From: Bacteriovoracia bacterium
GTDB taxonomy: Bacteria > Bdellovibrionota > UBA1018 > JBFWNL01
Direction of reading: 5' to 3'
NCBI GenBank assembly: GCA_050251055.1
Contig: JBFWNL010000005.1
Location: forward strand, 96,001-160,000
DNA length: 64,000 bases
The notes under the pieces were generated by a model that had not been told where the DNA came from, ran no database searches, and saw only the letters and a program-made list of their open reading frames with translations. The stretch's first letter is position 1, and each line of letters begins with the position of its first letter. The translations under genes were made by a program, and so were the position numbers. Positions 9,240-18,290 of this stretch are shown piece by piece.

Positions 9240-11054
9240 GTTTTCCAGGCGCGATTGCGCTTCCCGCGCTTCTTGCTGCTTCGCCCACATGTGGGCGTAT
9301 TCGCCGCCACGGGCAAGCAGTTCGGCGTGGCGGCCCCGTTCCACGATCTGTCCGTCTTTTAGGACGAGGATTTGATCGGCGTTCACAATGGTCGAAAGGC
9401 GGTGGGCAATAACGAGGGTCGTGCGGTCGCTCGAGACTTCGTCCAGGGACTTTTGGATTTCCTTCTCGGTGTGCGAGTCAAGCGCCGAGGTGGCTTCGTC
9501 GAACAGCAATATGCGCGGATTCTTGAGGATCGTGCGCGCGATGGCCACGCGTTGTTTTTCGCCACCCGAAAGCTTTAATCCGCGCTCGCCCACGGCCGTC
9601 TCCATCTTCTTCGGAAGTTTTTCGATGAAGCCCGCGAGCTTGGCGAAGTCCGCCGCGCGCTCGACTTCGGCGACGGAGGCGTTCGGGCGCCCATATAGAA
9701 TGTTGTAGCCCAGGGTATCGTTGAAGAGGACCGTATCTTGGGGGACAATGCCGATCACCGATCGCAGCGAGCTTTGTTTCACCCGCCGGATATCCTGGCC
9801 GTCGATGCGGATGGTTCCGCCTTTTACGTCATAGAATCGAAAGAGGAGACGCGCGAGCGTGGACTTGCCGGCGCCGCTCGGGCCGACAATGGCGTAAGTT
9901 TGCCCGGCCGGAACCTTGAAGCTGACGTCGGTCAGGATGGGCCGGGCGGACGTGGCGTCCGGGCCGCCGTAGTCGAACGATACGTGATCGAACTCGACTT
10001 CTCCGTGGTGGACGCGCAGGGCCTCCGCGCCGGGGACGTCGCTGATATCCGCGTTCACCGCGAGCAGCTCGAACATCTTTTCCATGTCGATCAGGCTTTG
10101 CTTGATTTCACGGTAGACGAAACCCAGGAAGTTGAGCGGCAGGTAGAGCTGGATCAGATAGGTGTTCACGAGAACGAAGTCGCCCACCGTCATGGCTTTT
10201 TCCGCGACCTGACGGGCGGAGAGCACCATTACGATCACCAAGCCTACGCCGATGATGAGGCCTTGGCCCACGTTCAGGAAGGAAAGCGAAGCTTGGCTTT
10301 GCACCGCCGCTTTTTCGTAGCCCTGCAGTGCATGGTCGAAACGGCGGTACTCGTGCTCCTCGTTGTTAAAGTACTTCACGGTTTCGTAATTCAGCAGGCT
10401 GTCGATGGCCTTGGTGTTAGCCGTGGTGTCCGTCTGGTTCATCTCCTTGCGGTACTTTAACCGCCAGTCGGTGATGCCTAGGGTGAAGGCGACGTAGACC
10501 ACGATCGTGACGAAGATTACCAGCGAGAATTCGCTTGGGTACTGCCAGTACAGCACGATCGTCACGAGCACAATCTCGAGCAGGGTAGGCAAGATATTGA
10601 AGAGCATGAAATTCAGCACGAACTGGATGCCGCGCGTTCCGCGCTCGATCACCCGGCTCAAGCCTCCGATTTGGCGATCCAGATGGAACGCGAGCGAGAG
10701 CTGGTGCAGGTGCCGAAAAGTATGAAGCGCGATCGTTCGTTGCGCGTGCTGGGCCACGCGCGCGAAAACGAAGTCGCGGAACTCACCGAAGAACTGACTA
10801 AGGATTCGGGCGCCCCCGTAAGCGACGGTGAAACCGACGGCGAGCGAGACCGCAAGGTCCGGGCCGGTAAGCGAATCGACGGCGCGTTTATAAAGGAAGG
10901 GGATGTAGACGCTGATGGCTTTCGCGCCCAATAGGCTCAGCATGGCGATCACTACGCGCAGGCGTAGGTCGGCGCGGCCGCGGGGCCAGAGATATGCGCT
11001 CAGCGTGCGCAGGGTGGACCAGTTGGAGCGGGCGGTGGTTTCCGAGGTTTTCAT
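9225..11054 (-). CDS. ABCB exporter, ATM1/AtmA-type (TMD plus NBD)
   Basis: DSLLNYETVKYFNNE, QLYLPLNFLGFVYREIKQSLIDME, GPSGAGKS, LSGGEKQR. Confidence 0.93.
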   Translation of the reverse strand: MKTSETTARSNWSTLRTLSAYLWPRGRADLRLRVVIAMLSLLGAKAISVYIPFLYKRAVDSLTGPDLAVSLAVGFTVAYGGARILSQFFGEFRDFVFARVAQHAQRTIALHTFRHLHQLSLAFHLDRQIGGLSRVIERGTRGIQFVLNFMLFNILPTLLEIVLVTIVLYWQYPSEFSLVIFVTIVVYVAFTLGITDWRLKYRKEMNQTDTTANTKAIDSLLNYETVKYFNNEEHEYRRFDHALQGYEKAAVQSQASLSFLNVGQGLIIGVGLVIVMVLSARQVAEKAMTVGDFVLVNTYLIQLYLPLNFLGFVYREIKQSLIDMEKMFELLAVNADISDVPGAEALRVHHGEVEFDHVSFDYGGPDATSARPILTDVSFKVPAGQTYAIVGPSGAGKSTLARLLFRFYDVKGGTIRIDGQDIRRVKQSSLRSVIGIVPQDTVLFNDTLGYNILYGRPNASVAEVERAADFAKLAGFIEKLPKKMETAVGERGLKLSGGEKQRVAIARTILKNPRILLFDEATSALDSHTEKEIQKSLDEVSSDRTTLVIAHRLSTIVNADQILVLKDGQIVERGRHAELLARGGEYAHMWAKQQEAREAQSRLENLQQT

Positions 11055-11081
11055 GACCCACGTATGGTAAAGGGGTGGGGC

Positions 11082-11924
11082 ATGGAAAATCAAACGCCAA
11101 ACGGTGCGCGATTCAAAGAGTGGGCGGTCCCCGGTCCCGCCGCGCCCGGATCGGACGGTCCCCCTTTTGAAGAACCCGGCGTAACGCTCGACGCGATCTC
11201 CGGCCAGTTTCGTCTTCTTCAGTTACGTGAGGGACATCGTTTTTCTACCGATGATTTGTTGGTGGCTTGGTACGGCACGACTCACGCGCCGTGTGTGCGA
11301 ACGATCTTGGATCTGGGGAGCGGAATCGGGTCGGTGGCTACGATCGCCGCTTGGAGACTCCAGGGTGCCCAGGTTACCACGATCGAAGCCCAGCCCGAGA
11401 GCGTCGCACTGGCGCGACGGTCGGCGACATATAACGGTCTTGAATCGCGTATGGATATTCGTCAGGGAGATCTGCGCGACTTGAACCTGCCCGCAGGCTT
11501 TGATTTGGTTTTGGGGAGTCCTCCCTATTTTCCACCGGGCAGCGGCATTGAGGGTGATCACCCTCAAAAGGTCGCCTGTCGTTTCGAAATGCGAGGAGAC
11601 ATCGCGGATTATTGCCAGGCGGCGCGTCGGCACCTAGCCCATGCCGGTGTTTTTGCCGTGGTGTTCCCCGCCCATCCGGAGGAGCAGCGTGCCCGTGCCG
11701 ACCGCGCCGCCGCGGCCGCGCGGCTGAGACGTTTGCGCTCGCGCGATATCATTTTCAAAGAAGGGGATCCGCCGCTCTTACGGGTAGCGCTCTATGGGCG
11801 GGAGGAGGATTTCCCCCGGTCCGTTTCCGAGTGGTGCGAGCCTCCGCTGACGATTCGTTTGGCCGATGGCCGGGTTCATCCCGAATATTCCGTTATAAAG
11901 ATGGAAATTGGTTTCCCTCCCTGA
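11082..11924 (+). CDS. SAM-dependent amino-methyltransferase, YfiC/TrmN(6)-like
   Basis: GHRFSTDDLL, LDLGSGIG, SPPYF (NPPY-type), ACRFE. Confidence 0.75.
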   Translation: MENQTPNGARFKEWAVPGPAAPGSDGPPFEEPGVTLDAISGQFRLLQLREGHRFSTDDLLVAWYGTTHAPCVRTILDLGSGIGSVATIAAWRLQGAQVTTIEAQPESVALARRSATYNGLESRMDIRQGDLRDLNLPAGFDLVLGSPPYFPPGSGIEGDHPQKVACRFEMRGDIADYCQAARRHLAHAGVFAVVFPAHPEEQRARADRAAAAARLRRLRSRDIIFKEGDPPLLRVALYGREEDFPRSVSEWCEPPLTIRLADGRVHPEYSVIKMEIGFPP

Positions 11925-12101
11925 TCCGCGCTCTTTCCAGGTTTGCTGACGTCTTTGTTAAGAGAATCACATAAAAACAGCAAGTATTTGATATTAAACA
12001 ATAAATATAGCATCACCAAAGTTGCTTTGACCCTCTGTTTTCGCCATAATTAAGGGGAGAACAAGTTTTTTAGAGTGGTACGTGAGTTGAGGGAGAACAC
12101 C

Positions 12102-14129
12102 ATGTTTAGCTTTGGTAACCGGAAGTCCATGCGCTTATTCAAGACGTTGGCGCTGATCTGTGCGCTGATGGGTATGGGATCCTCGTGTTTATTGACGACA
12201 GCCAACCAGCACTTGGGGAAGCTCCCCGGAAGTGGCGTCGATTTAGTCTCGATCGAAGTGGATCCGCCCGTCTTGGCCTTGGCCAAGGGGATGAAGCAGG
12301 CGATCACCGTCATTGGCTACGACAAGGAAGGCAACAAGTACAACGTCACGCAGCTCGCGAACTGGGCTTCCCTGAAGGAAGTGATCGCCGAAGTGGAAAA
12401 CCAGGGCGTGGATGTCGGCGTGGTGAAGGCCATGGACAAGGGCAGTGTAGTCATTACTGTCAGCTATAAAGATTTGGAAGCGGAGTTACCGGTAGACGTC
12501 AGCGACGCGGAGCTTTCGCGGATCGAGATTTCCCCGTCGATCGTCTCGGTGGCCAAGGGCATGAGCCAGAAACTCGTGGCGACCGGCGTTTTCACCGACG
12601 ATACGACCCAGGATTTGTCCGGCGATGTGAAGTGGACGTCTTCTGCCTCGGCGGTGACTATCGATGCCAAGGGCGTGTTGGCTGGGGCGGATGTGGGTGG
12701 TGCCAAGATTAAGGCCGCGTTGAATGGCGTGGAAGCCGCCGCCGAAGCGGTGATCACTTCCGCGAGCTTGAGTTCGCTCGAAATTTCCCCCACGAACCCG
12801 TCGGCCCCCGTCGGAGTAGCGCAGAGCTTTGTTGCTACGGGCATCTTCAGCGACGGATCCAAGCAAGACCTAACCAAGTCGGTGAAGTGGGCATCTGCCG
12901 AGGCCAAATTCGCCAGCGTGGACTCGAGTGGCGGCGCATTGGGGATTTCGGCCGGTTCAAGCGCTATTTCCATCCAATATGAATCAGGAGATGGCTCGAT
13001 CTTGGACGCCAAGACGAGCTTTGCCGTCACGGCGGCGGAGTTGGTTAGCTTGACGGTCAGCCCGGATAAGGGCTCGATCGCGGCCGGGCTCACGCAACAG
13101 TTTTCGGCCATGGGTTCTTATACCGACGGCACCCAAAAGGATGTTTCCGCCTCGGTAACCTGGAGCGCTTCGGATAAGAATGTGTTGGCGATTTCCAACG
13201 GCAAGGGCACGGAGGGCCTCGCGACTAGCCTGCAGGCTGGCGTGACGGAAGTGCAAGCGCAGATGAACGGCTTCGGCGGCATGGTCACGGGCAAGATCGA
13301 CTTCACGGTTTCGGCCGCCGAGCTTGTGTCGATCGACATCAAGCCCGCGAGCCTAGCGCTGGCCAAAGGCCTCACCCAGAGTTTTTTCGCAACCGGTAAT
13401 TACACGGACGGAAGCGTGAACGACATCACCACCGACGTGGTTTGGGATTCTTCGGACGCGAAGGTCGCGGCGGTAAGCAATGGCAAGGGGGAGCAAGGTT
13501 TGGCTTCCGCGCTTTCGGCCGGACAGGTCACCGTCACCGCATCACTCAACGGCATTGATGCCAAAGCGGCGATGGAAACGACGGCCGCCGAGTTGGTTTC
13601 GATCGCGGTCAGTCCCAATAATGCCTCGCTCGTGACCGGTGAAACCGGAGTCTACACCGCGACGGGCACCTACACGGACGGTTCGACGGAAGATTTGAGC
13701 GCCAGCGCGGTTTGGGCTTCTTCGGATACGAAGTACGCCACCCTGAGCAACGGCAAGGGCAGTGAAGGCGTCGCTACGGGCGTGGCCAAAGGAAATGTCG
13801 TCGTAAGCGCCACCTTGAAAGGCGTCAGTGGCAGCGCGGACTTGGCGATTCTGGCGCCGAGCTTGAAGAGCATTGCGGTGACTCCGGCTAACTCGTCGGT
13901 GAGCGTGGGAGGGAAGCTCCAATACGTGGCTACCGGCACTTATTCCAACGGCTCCACCGCCGACATTACGGCCAGCGTGGCCTGGACGGCGACGGCCGGA
14001 TCAAAAGGCGCTTCTGCCACCATCTCGGCTTCCGGTCTGTTGACCGGGGGTACAGCCGGTCAGGTCATCGTATCGGCCACGGCTGAAGAGATCGGTGGAT
14101 CGACTAACCTTACGGTCTCCTCCAAGTAA
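12102..14129 (+). CDS. Lipoprotein with about 7 bacterial Ig-like group 2 (Big_2) repeats, Lig-like
   Basis: Lipobox-like MGSSC; repeated AELVSIxVxP...ATGxYTDG..D....WxSSD units of ~90 aa; GAGGGAG RBS. Confidence 0.88.
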   Translation: MFSFGNRKSMRLFKTLALICALMGMGSSCLLTTANQHLGKLPGSGVDLVSIEVDPPVLALAKGMKQAITVIGYDKEGNKYNVTQLANWASLKEVIAEVENQGVDVGVVKAMDKGSVVITVSYKDLEAELPVDVSDAELSRIEISPSIVSVAKGMSQKLVATGVFTDDTTQDLSGDVKWTSSASAVTIDAKGVLAGADVGGAKIKAALNGVEAAAEAVITSASLSSLEISPTNPSAPVGVAQSFVATGIFSDGSKQDLTKSVKWASAEAKFASVDSSGGALGISAGSSAISIQYESGDGSILDAKTSFAVTAAELVSLTVSPDKGSIAAGLTQQFSAMGSYTDGTQKDVSASVTWSASDKNVLAISNGKGTEGLATSLQAGVTEVQAQMNGFGGMVTGKIDFTVSAAELVSIDIKPASLALAKGLTQSFFATGNYTDGSVNDITTDVVWDSSDAKVAAVSNGKGEQGLASALSAGQVTVTASLNGIDAKAAMETTAAELVSIAVSPNNASLVTGETGVYTATGTYTDGSTEDLSASAVWASSDTKYATLSNGKGSEGVATGVAKGNVVVSATLKGVSGSADLAILAPSLKSIAVTPANSSVSVGGKLQYVATGTYSNGSTADITASVAWTATAGSKGASATISASGLLTGGTAGQVIVSATAEEIGGSTNLTVSSK

Positions 14130-14286
14130 GACGATTGATAATTGTGAAGGTTTGTATATATTATTAGTAAGTCATTGAAACCAAAGGATAATCACCGGAT
14201 AGGTTGAGTTGTGCAAAGGCCGGGCTTTTGAGAGAATTATAAATAAGCAGTTTGCCTAATTGCAGTACGTTTGTTGAGGTAAAGAT

Positions 14287-17200
14287 ATGCAAACATTTCT
14301 AAAGAAACTGGGTTCAATGCTGGCCACGTCCGCGTTCCTCGCGGCCTCCTCCGGCTGTGTGGTGGTAACCAAGGGTTCGCTTTCAAAAAAGCAAATCGTT
14401 ATCCCCGATGCCAAGCTGGTTTCCTTGGAAATCGACCCTCCCACCGCGGCCATCGCCAAGGGCACGGAAGTGGGATTCACGGCGACCGCGATCTTCGACG
14501 ACGGCACTAAAACGGAAATCAAGGAAGTGGCGACCTGGGTCACCAGCAACGCCGCGGTTGCCACGGTAGAGAACACCGGCGATGAAATCGGTAACGCCAC
14601 GGGCGTGACCGTCGGGACCGTATTGGTTCAAGCGACCTATGAAGGCATGACCGCGGAAGCGGAGCTCGAAGTCACCGCCGCGGAACTCGTGAGCTTGGCC
14701 GTGACTCCGGCCAGCCCGGTGGTCGCGAAAGGCACGACGCAGGCGCTGGTCGTTACCGGCACGTACACCGACAATTCTACCCAAGACATTTCGGGTCTCG
14801 TGACTTGGCTTTCGGCTGACGGCGCGGTGGCCATGGTTGACGCCGCTGGCGTGCTTACCGCCGTAAACGGCGGATCTGCCAACATCACCGCGATGCTCGA
14901 CGGCAAGTCGGGCTCGCAAACTGTGACGGTCACTTCGGCCAGCCTGGTTTCCATCGACGTCACTCCCGCCAATCCTTCCGCCGCGAAGGGCACCACTAAA
15001 CAGTTTACGGCGACCGGCGTTTTCAGCGATGCCAGCACCCAAAACCTTACCGCCATGGCGACGTGGAGTTCGTCCGCCACGGGGGTAGCGACGGTCAGTA
15101 TTTCCGGCCTTGCCTCCGGCGTAGCCATGGGCAGCGCTAACATTAGTGCAAGCTACGGCGGCCAGACGGGCCAGACCACGTTCACGGTGACGGCGGCCAC
15201 ACTTGTTTCCATCGATATTACTCCTAAAAATCCCACGAAGCCTTTGGGCCTGAGCGAGCAGCTCACCGCCACTGGCACGTATACCGACGCCACGACGCAG
15301 GACCTGACTTCGCTCGTGACGTGGTCTTCCGATGATACTTCAGTAGCGACGGTCAGCAACGCGGGCGGCACCCAGGGTAAGGCTACGACCGGTAGCAAGA
15401 CCGGCACGGCGAAAATCAAGGCCGCCTTGAGTGGCGTGGAAGCGGAAGTAGATTTCACCACCACGAGTCCAGAGCTTGTGTCGATCGGCGTGACGCCTTC
15501 CAACCCATCTATTGCCAAGGGCCTGACCCAGCAGTTTACCGCTACCGGCGTGTATACCGACAACAGCTCGGCGGATATCACCAGCGATGTGACTTGGTCT
15601 TCTTCCGCTTCGGACGTTGCTTCGATCAGTAACGCGGGTGGTAGCAAGGGCTTGGCTTCTTCGATCAAGGCCGGATCTACCACGGTTACGGCCGCGAAGG
15701 GATCGATCAACGGTTCGACCACTTTGACAGTCACCGCCGCGGAACTTGTTTCGGTCGCGGTTACTCCGGGCACGCCCTCGATCGCGAAGGGCTTAACCCA
15801 GCAGTTCGCCCTGACCGGCACGTACACCGATGCAACCACCCAAGATTTGACCGCGACGGGTACTTGGACTTCGTCGAACACGGGCGTGGCGACTATTAGC
15901 AACGCCGGCGGTAGCCAGGGCTTAGCAACGAGCGTGGCCGCGGGTTCGACGACGATCACCGGCACCTCGGGCGGCAAGAGTCATACGGCAACGCTTACGG
16001 TGACGGCGGCGACGCTGGTTTCCGTCGGCGTGACCCCGAAGAGCACGTCGATCGCTCTGGGGCTCACGAAACAGTTTGCGGTTACGGGTGTGTACACCGA
16101 CGCCTCGACGCAGGATCTGACGGCATCTGCGACGTGGAGCTCGAGCGATACCGGCGTGGCGACGATCAGCAACGCGGGCGGGAGCCAAGGTTTGGCTACT
16201 TCGGCGGGCACGGGCTCGACGACGATTACGGCCACCTATAGCGGTCAAAGTGATACCGCCAGCCTCGCGGTTACCGCCGCAGAGTTGGTCTCGATCGGAG
16301 TCTCCGGATCGAAAGCTTCGATTCCGAAAGGTTTGACCACTCAGTTGACCGCCACGGGTACCTACACGGATGGTTCGAAACAGGCTTTAACCACGACGGC
16401 GACTTGGACTTCGAACGATTCGCTCGTCGCGGCCGTTAACAACGCTGGCAGCAAGGGCTTGGTGAGTGGCGCCGGCAAGGGGAGCGCCACGATCACTGCG
16501 GCCGTGGGAGGCATCAGCGGTACGTTCGATATCTCTGTGACGGACGCCGAACTCGTGTCCATCGCGGTAAGCCCCTCGTCCGCCTCGGTGGCGAAGGGTC
16601 TGACCCAGCAGTTCGCGGCTACCGGTACCTATACGGATAGCAGCACCCAAACGTTGACGACGACGGTGACCTGGTCTTCGTCCGACACTGGCGTGGTGAC
16701 GATCAGTAACGCGGGCGGCAGCAAGGGCTTGGCGTCTTCGATCGCTACGGGTTCGGTTACGATCACGGCGACTTCGGGTACGGTAAGCGGCACGGCTTCG
16801 ATGACGGTGACGGCGGCGACGCTTGTCTCCGTCGCGGTCACGCCGGGAAGTGCGACCAAGGCTGCGGGCTATACCCAGCAGTTTACGGCGACGGGCACGT
16901 ATACCGATGCTTCGACGCAGAATCTGACGAGTTCGGCCACTTGGAGTTCTAGCTCATCGGGCGTAGGTTCGGTTTCTAACGCCGCTGGAACTAAAGGCCT
17001 GGCGACGGCCGTTTCTTCCGGCACGGTAACGATTACGGCTCTCAGCGGCGGCGTATCCGGTACGGCGACGTTCACCGTGACGGCCGCAGTCGTGACTTCA
17101 CTCATTGCGACCGACGAAATCAACTTGGCCGTGGGCGATGCCGAAGAGGCCTTTGCCATGGCATTATACTCTAACTCAACCAGTGCCGACGTGACTGCAG

Positions 17201-17385
17201 AAACGACTTGGACTTCAAGCGACGAAAGTATCGTGCAGCTAGACTCCAAGGCTCCTAACCAAGCCACTTGCGTTGCCGAAGGCAATGCGAAGCTCACGGC
17301 GGAATACAGTGGATTCACGGCCGAAGTTCCCGTGAACTGCGTGGATATGAGCGGCGGCGGCGGTGGCGGCGACACTAAAAAGTAA
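14287..17385 (+). CDS. Lipoprotein with about 11 Big_2 repeats, Lig-like
   Basis: Lipobox-like ASSGC; 11 units counted (AxLVSxxVTP...ATGTYTDxSTQDLT...WSSS...SNAGGSxGLA). Confidence 0.9.
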   Translation: MQTFLKKLGSMLATSAFLAASSGCVVVTKGSLSKKQIVIPDAKLVSLEIDPPTAAIAKGTEVGFTATAIFDDGTKTEIKEVATWVTSNAAVATVENTGDEIGNATGVTVGTVLVQATYEGMTAEAELEVTAAELVSLAVTPASPVVAKGTTQALVVTGTYTDNSTQDISGLVTWLSADGAVAMVDAAGVLTAVNGGSANITAMLDGKSGSQTVTVTSASLVSIDVTPANPSAAKGTTKQFTATGVFSDASTQNLTAMATWSSSATGVATVSISGLASGVAMGSANISASYGGQTGQTTFTVTAATLVSIDITPKNPTKPLGLSEQLTATGTYTDATTQDLTSLVTWSSDDTSVATVSNAGGTQGKATTGSKTGTAKIKAALSGVEAEVDFTTTSPELVSIGVTPSNPSIAKGLTQQFTATGVYTDNSSADITSDVTWSSSASDVASISNAGGSKGLASSIKAGSTTVTAAKGSINGSTTLTVTAAELVSVAVTPGTPSIAKGLTQQFALTGTYTDATTQDLTATGTWTSSNTGVATISNAGGSQGLATSVAAGSTTITGTSGGKSHTATLTVTAATLVSVGVTPKSTSIALGLTKQFAVTGVYTDASTQDLTASATWSSSDTGVATISNAGGSQGLATSAGTGSTTITATYSGQSDTASLAVTAAELVSIGVSGSKASIPKGLTTQLTATGTYTDGSKQALTTTATWTSNDSLVAAVNNAGSKGLVSGAGKGSATITAAVGGISGTFDISVTDAELVSIAVSPSSASVAKGLTQQFAATGTYTDSSTQTLTTTVTWSSSDTGVVTISNAGGSKGLASSIATGSVTITATSGTVSGTASMTVTAATLVSVAVTPGSATKAAGYTQQFTATGTYTDASTQNLTSSATWSSSSSGVGSVSNAAGTKGLATAVSSGTVTITALSGGVSGTATFTVTAAVVTSLIATDEINLAVGDAEEAFAMALYSNSTSADVTAETTWTSSDESIVQLDSKAPNQATCVAEGNAKLTAEYSGFTAEVPVNCVDMSGGGGGGDTKK

Positions 17386-17426
17386 GGTGTTTGCCGCAAG
17401 GTGACGGCCATGCTAAAGCCATACGC

Positions 17427-18290
17427 ATGCCGTCTGCACGCCTTGCTCAGTCCGCCCGCCTAATCGAGCTGCCCGACATAACTCGATTGGCGAAAAACTC
17501 GAAGCTGAAATCCGCGTCTCGGATTTGGCTCTGGCTGTTGAAGGCCTACTTTCGTGTGGAAGTCGAGGGTCTGGAGAATATCCCCCGCCGTGGCCGAGCG
17601 CTTATCATGCCGAACCACTCCGGATTCGCCGGGGCGGACGCGGTCCTGCTGACTTACATCGTAAAACGCAATACCCGCCGTCGCGCCCGGATTTTGGCGC
17701 ATCGGGCATTTTTTGATTTTTCCAAAACCTTGAAGACGATCTCCGAAAGCCATGGCCTGCGGAAGGCTTCGATACAATCGGGGGTAGACGTGCTCAAGCG
17801 CGATCAGCTCCTGGTGATCTTCCCCGAAGGCGAGACCGGAAACTTCAAGTCTACTTACCGGCGTTATAAACTGCAGCGCTTTCACACGGGGTTCCTGCGC
17901 ATGGCGGCCCAGGCCCAGGCGCCCATCATTCCCTGCGTGATTATTGGCGCGGAAGAAAGCCACCTCAACCTCGGTAACATTAACTTCTCGAAACTCATCC
18001 GCGGGCTGCGGATGCCGTTGCCGCTCAACTGGATCCCGTTACCGGCGAAGTGGCGGATCGTCTTTTTGCCGCCGTTGCCGATCGAATGGACGTCCGAACT
18101 CCTGACCAATCCAGAAAAGTTGAAGGCTTTGGCAGAAAAAATTCAATCCAACCACCAGCGCGAACTCAAGAAACGGCTTCAAAGCCGCCCGTATGTTTAT
18201 TTTCGGCAAACCCAAAAAATCTACAATGAAGTCCGCCGGCGCGTCGGTGCCCGGCTCAGGTCAAAAGCGCGAGCAGGTCGTCGCGGGTAA
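17427..18290 (+). CDS. Lysophospholipid/PlsC-family acyltransferase
   Basis: NHSGFAGAD, IFPEG, GFLRMAAQAQAPIIP. Confidence 0.88.
   Translation: MPSARLAQSARLIELPDITRLAKNSKLKSASRIWLWLLKAYFRVEVEGLENIPRRGRALIMPNHSGFAGADAVLLTYIVKRNTRRRARILAHRAFFDFSKTLKTISESHGLRKASIQSGVDVLKRDQLLVIFPEGETGNFKSTYRRYKLQRFHTGFLRMAAQAQAPIIPCVIIGAEESHLNLGNINFSKLIRGLRMPLPLNWIPLPAKWRIVFLPPLPIEWTSELLTNPEKLKALAEKIQSNHQRELKKRLQSRPYVYFRQTQKIYNEVRRRVGARLRSKARAGRRG

Noticed and set aside
14400-17100. Recurrent ~270-bp DNA repeats
   Set aside because: These are degenerate in-frame Ig-domain repeats, not a CRISPR array or a DGR template/variable repeat pair; no cas or reverse transcriptase gene is present.
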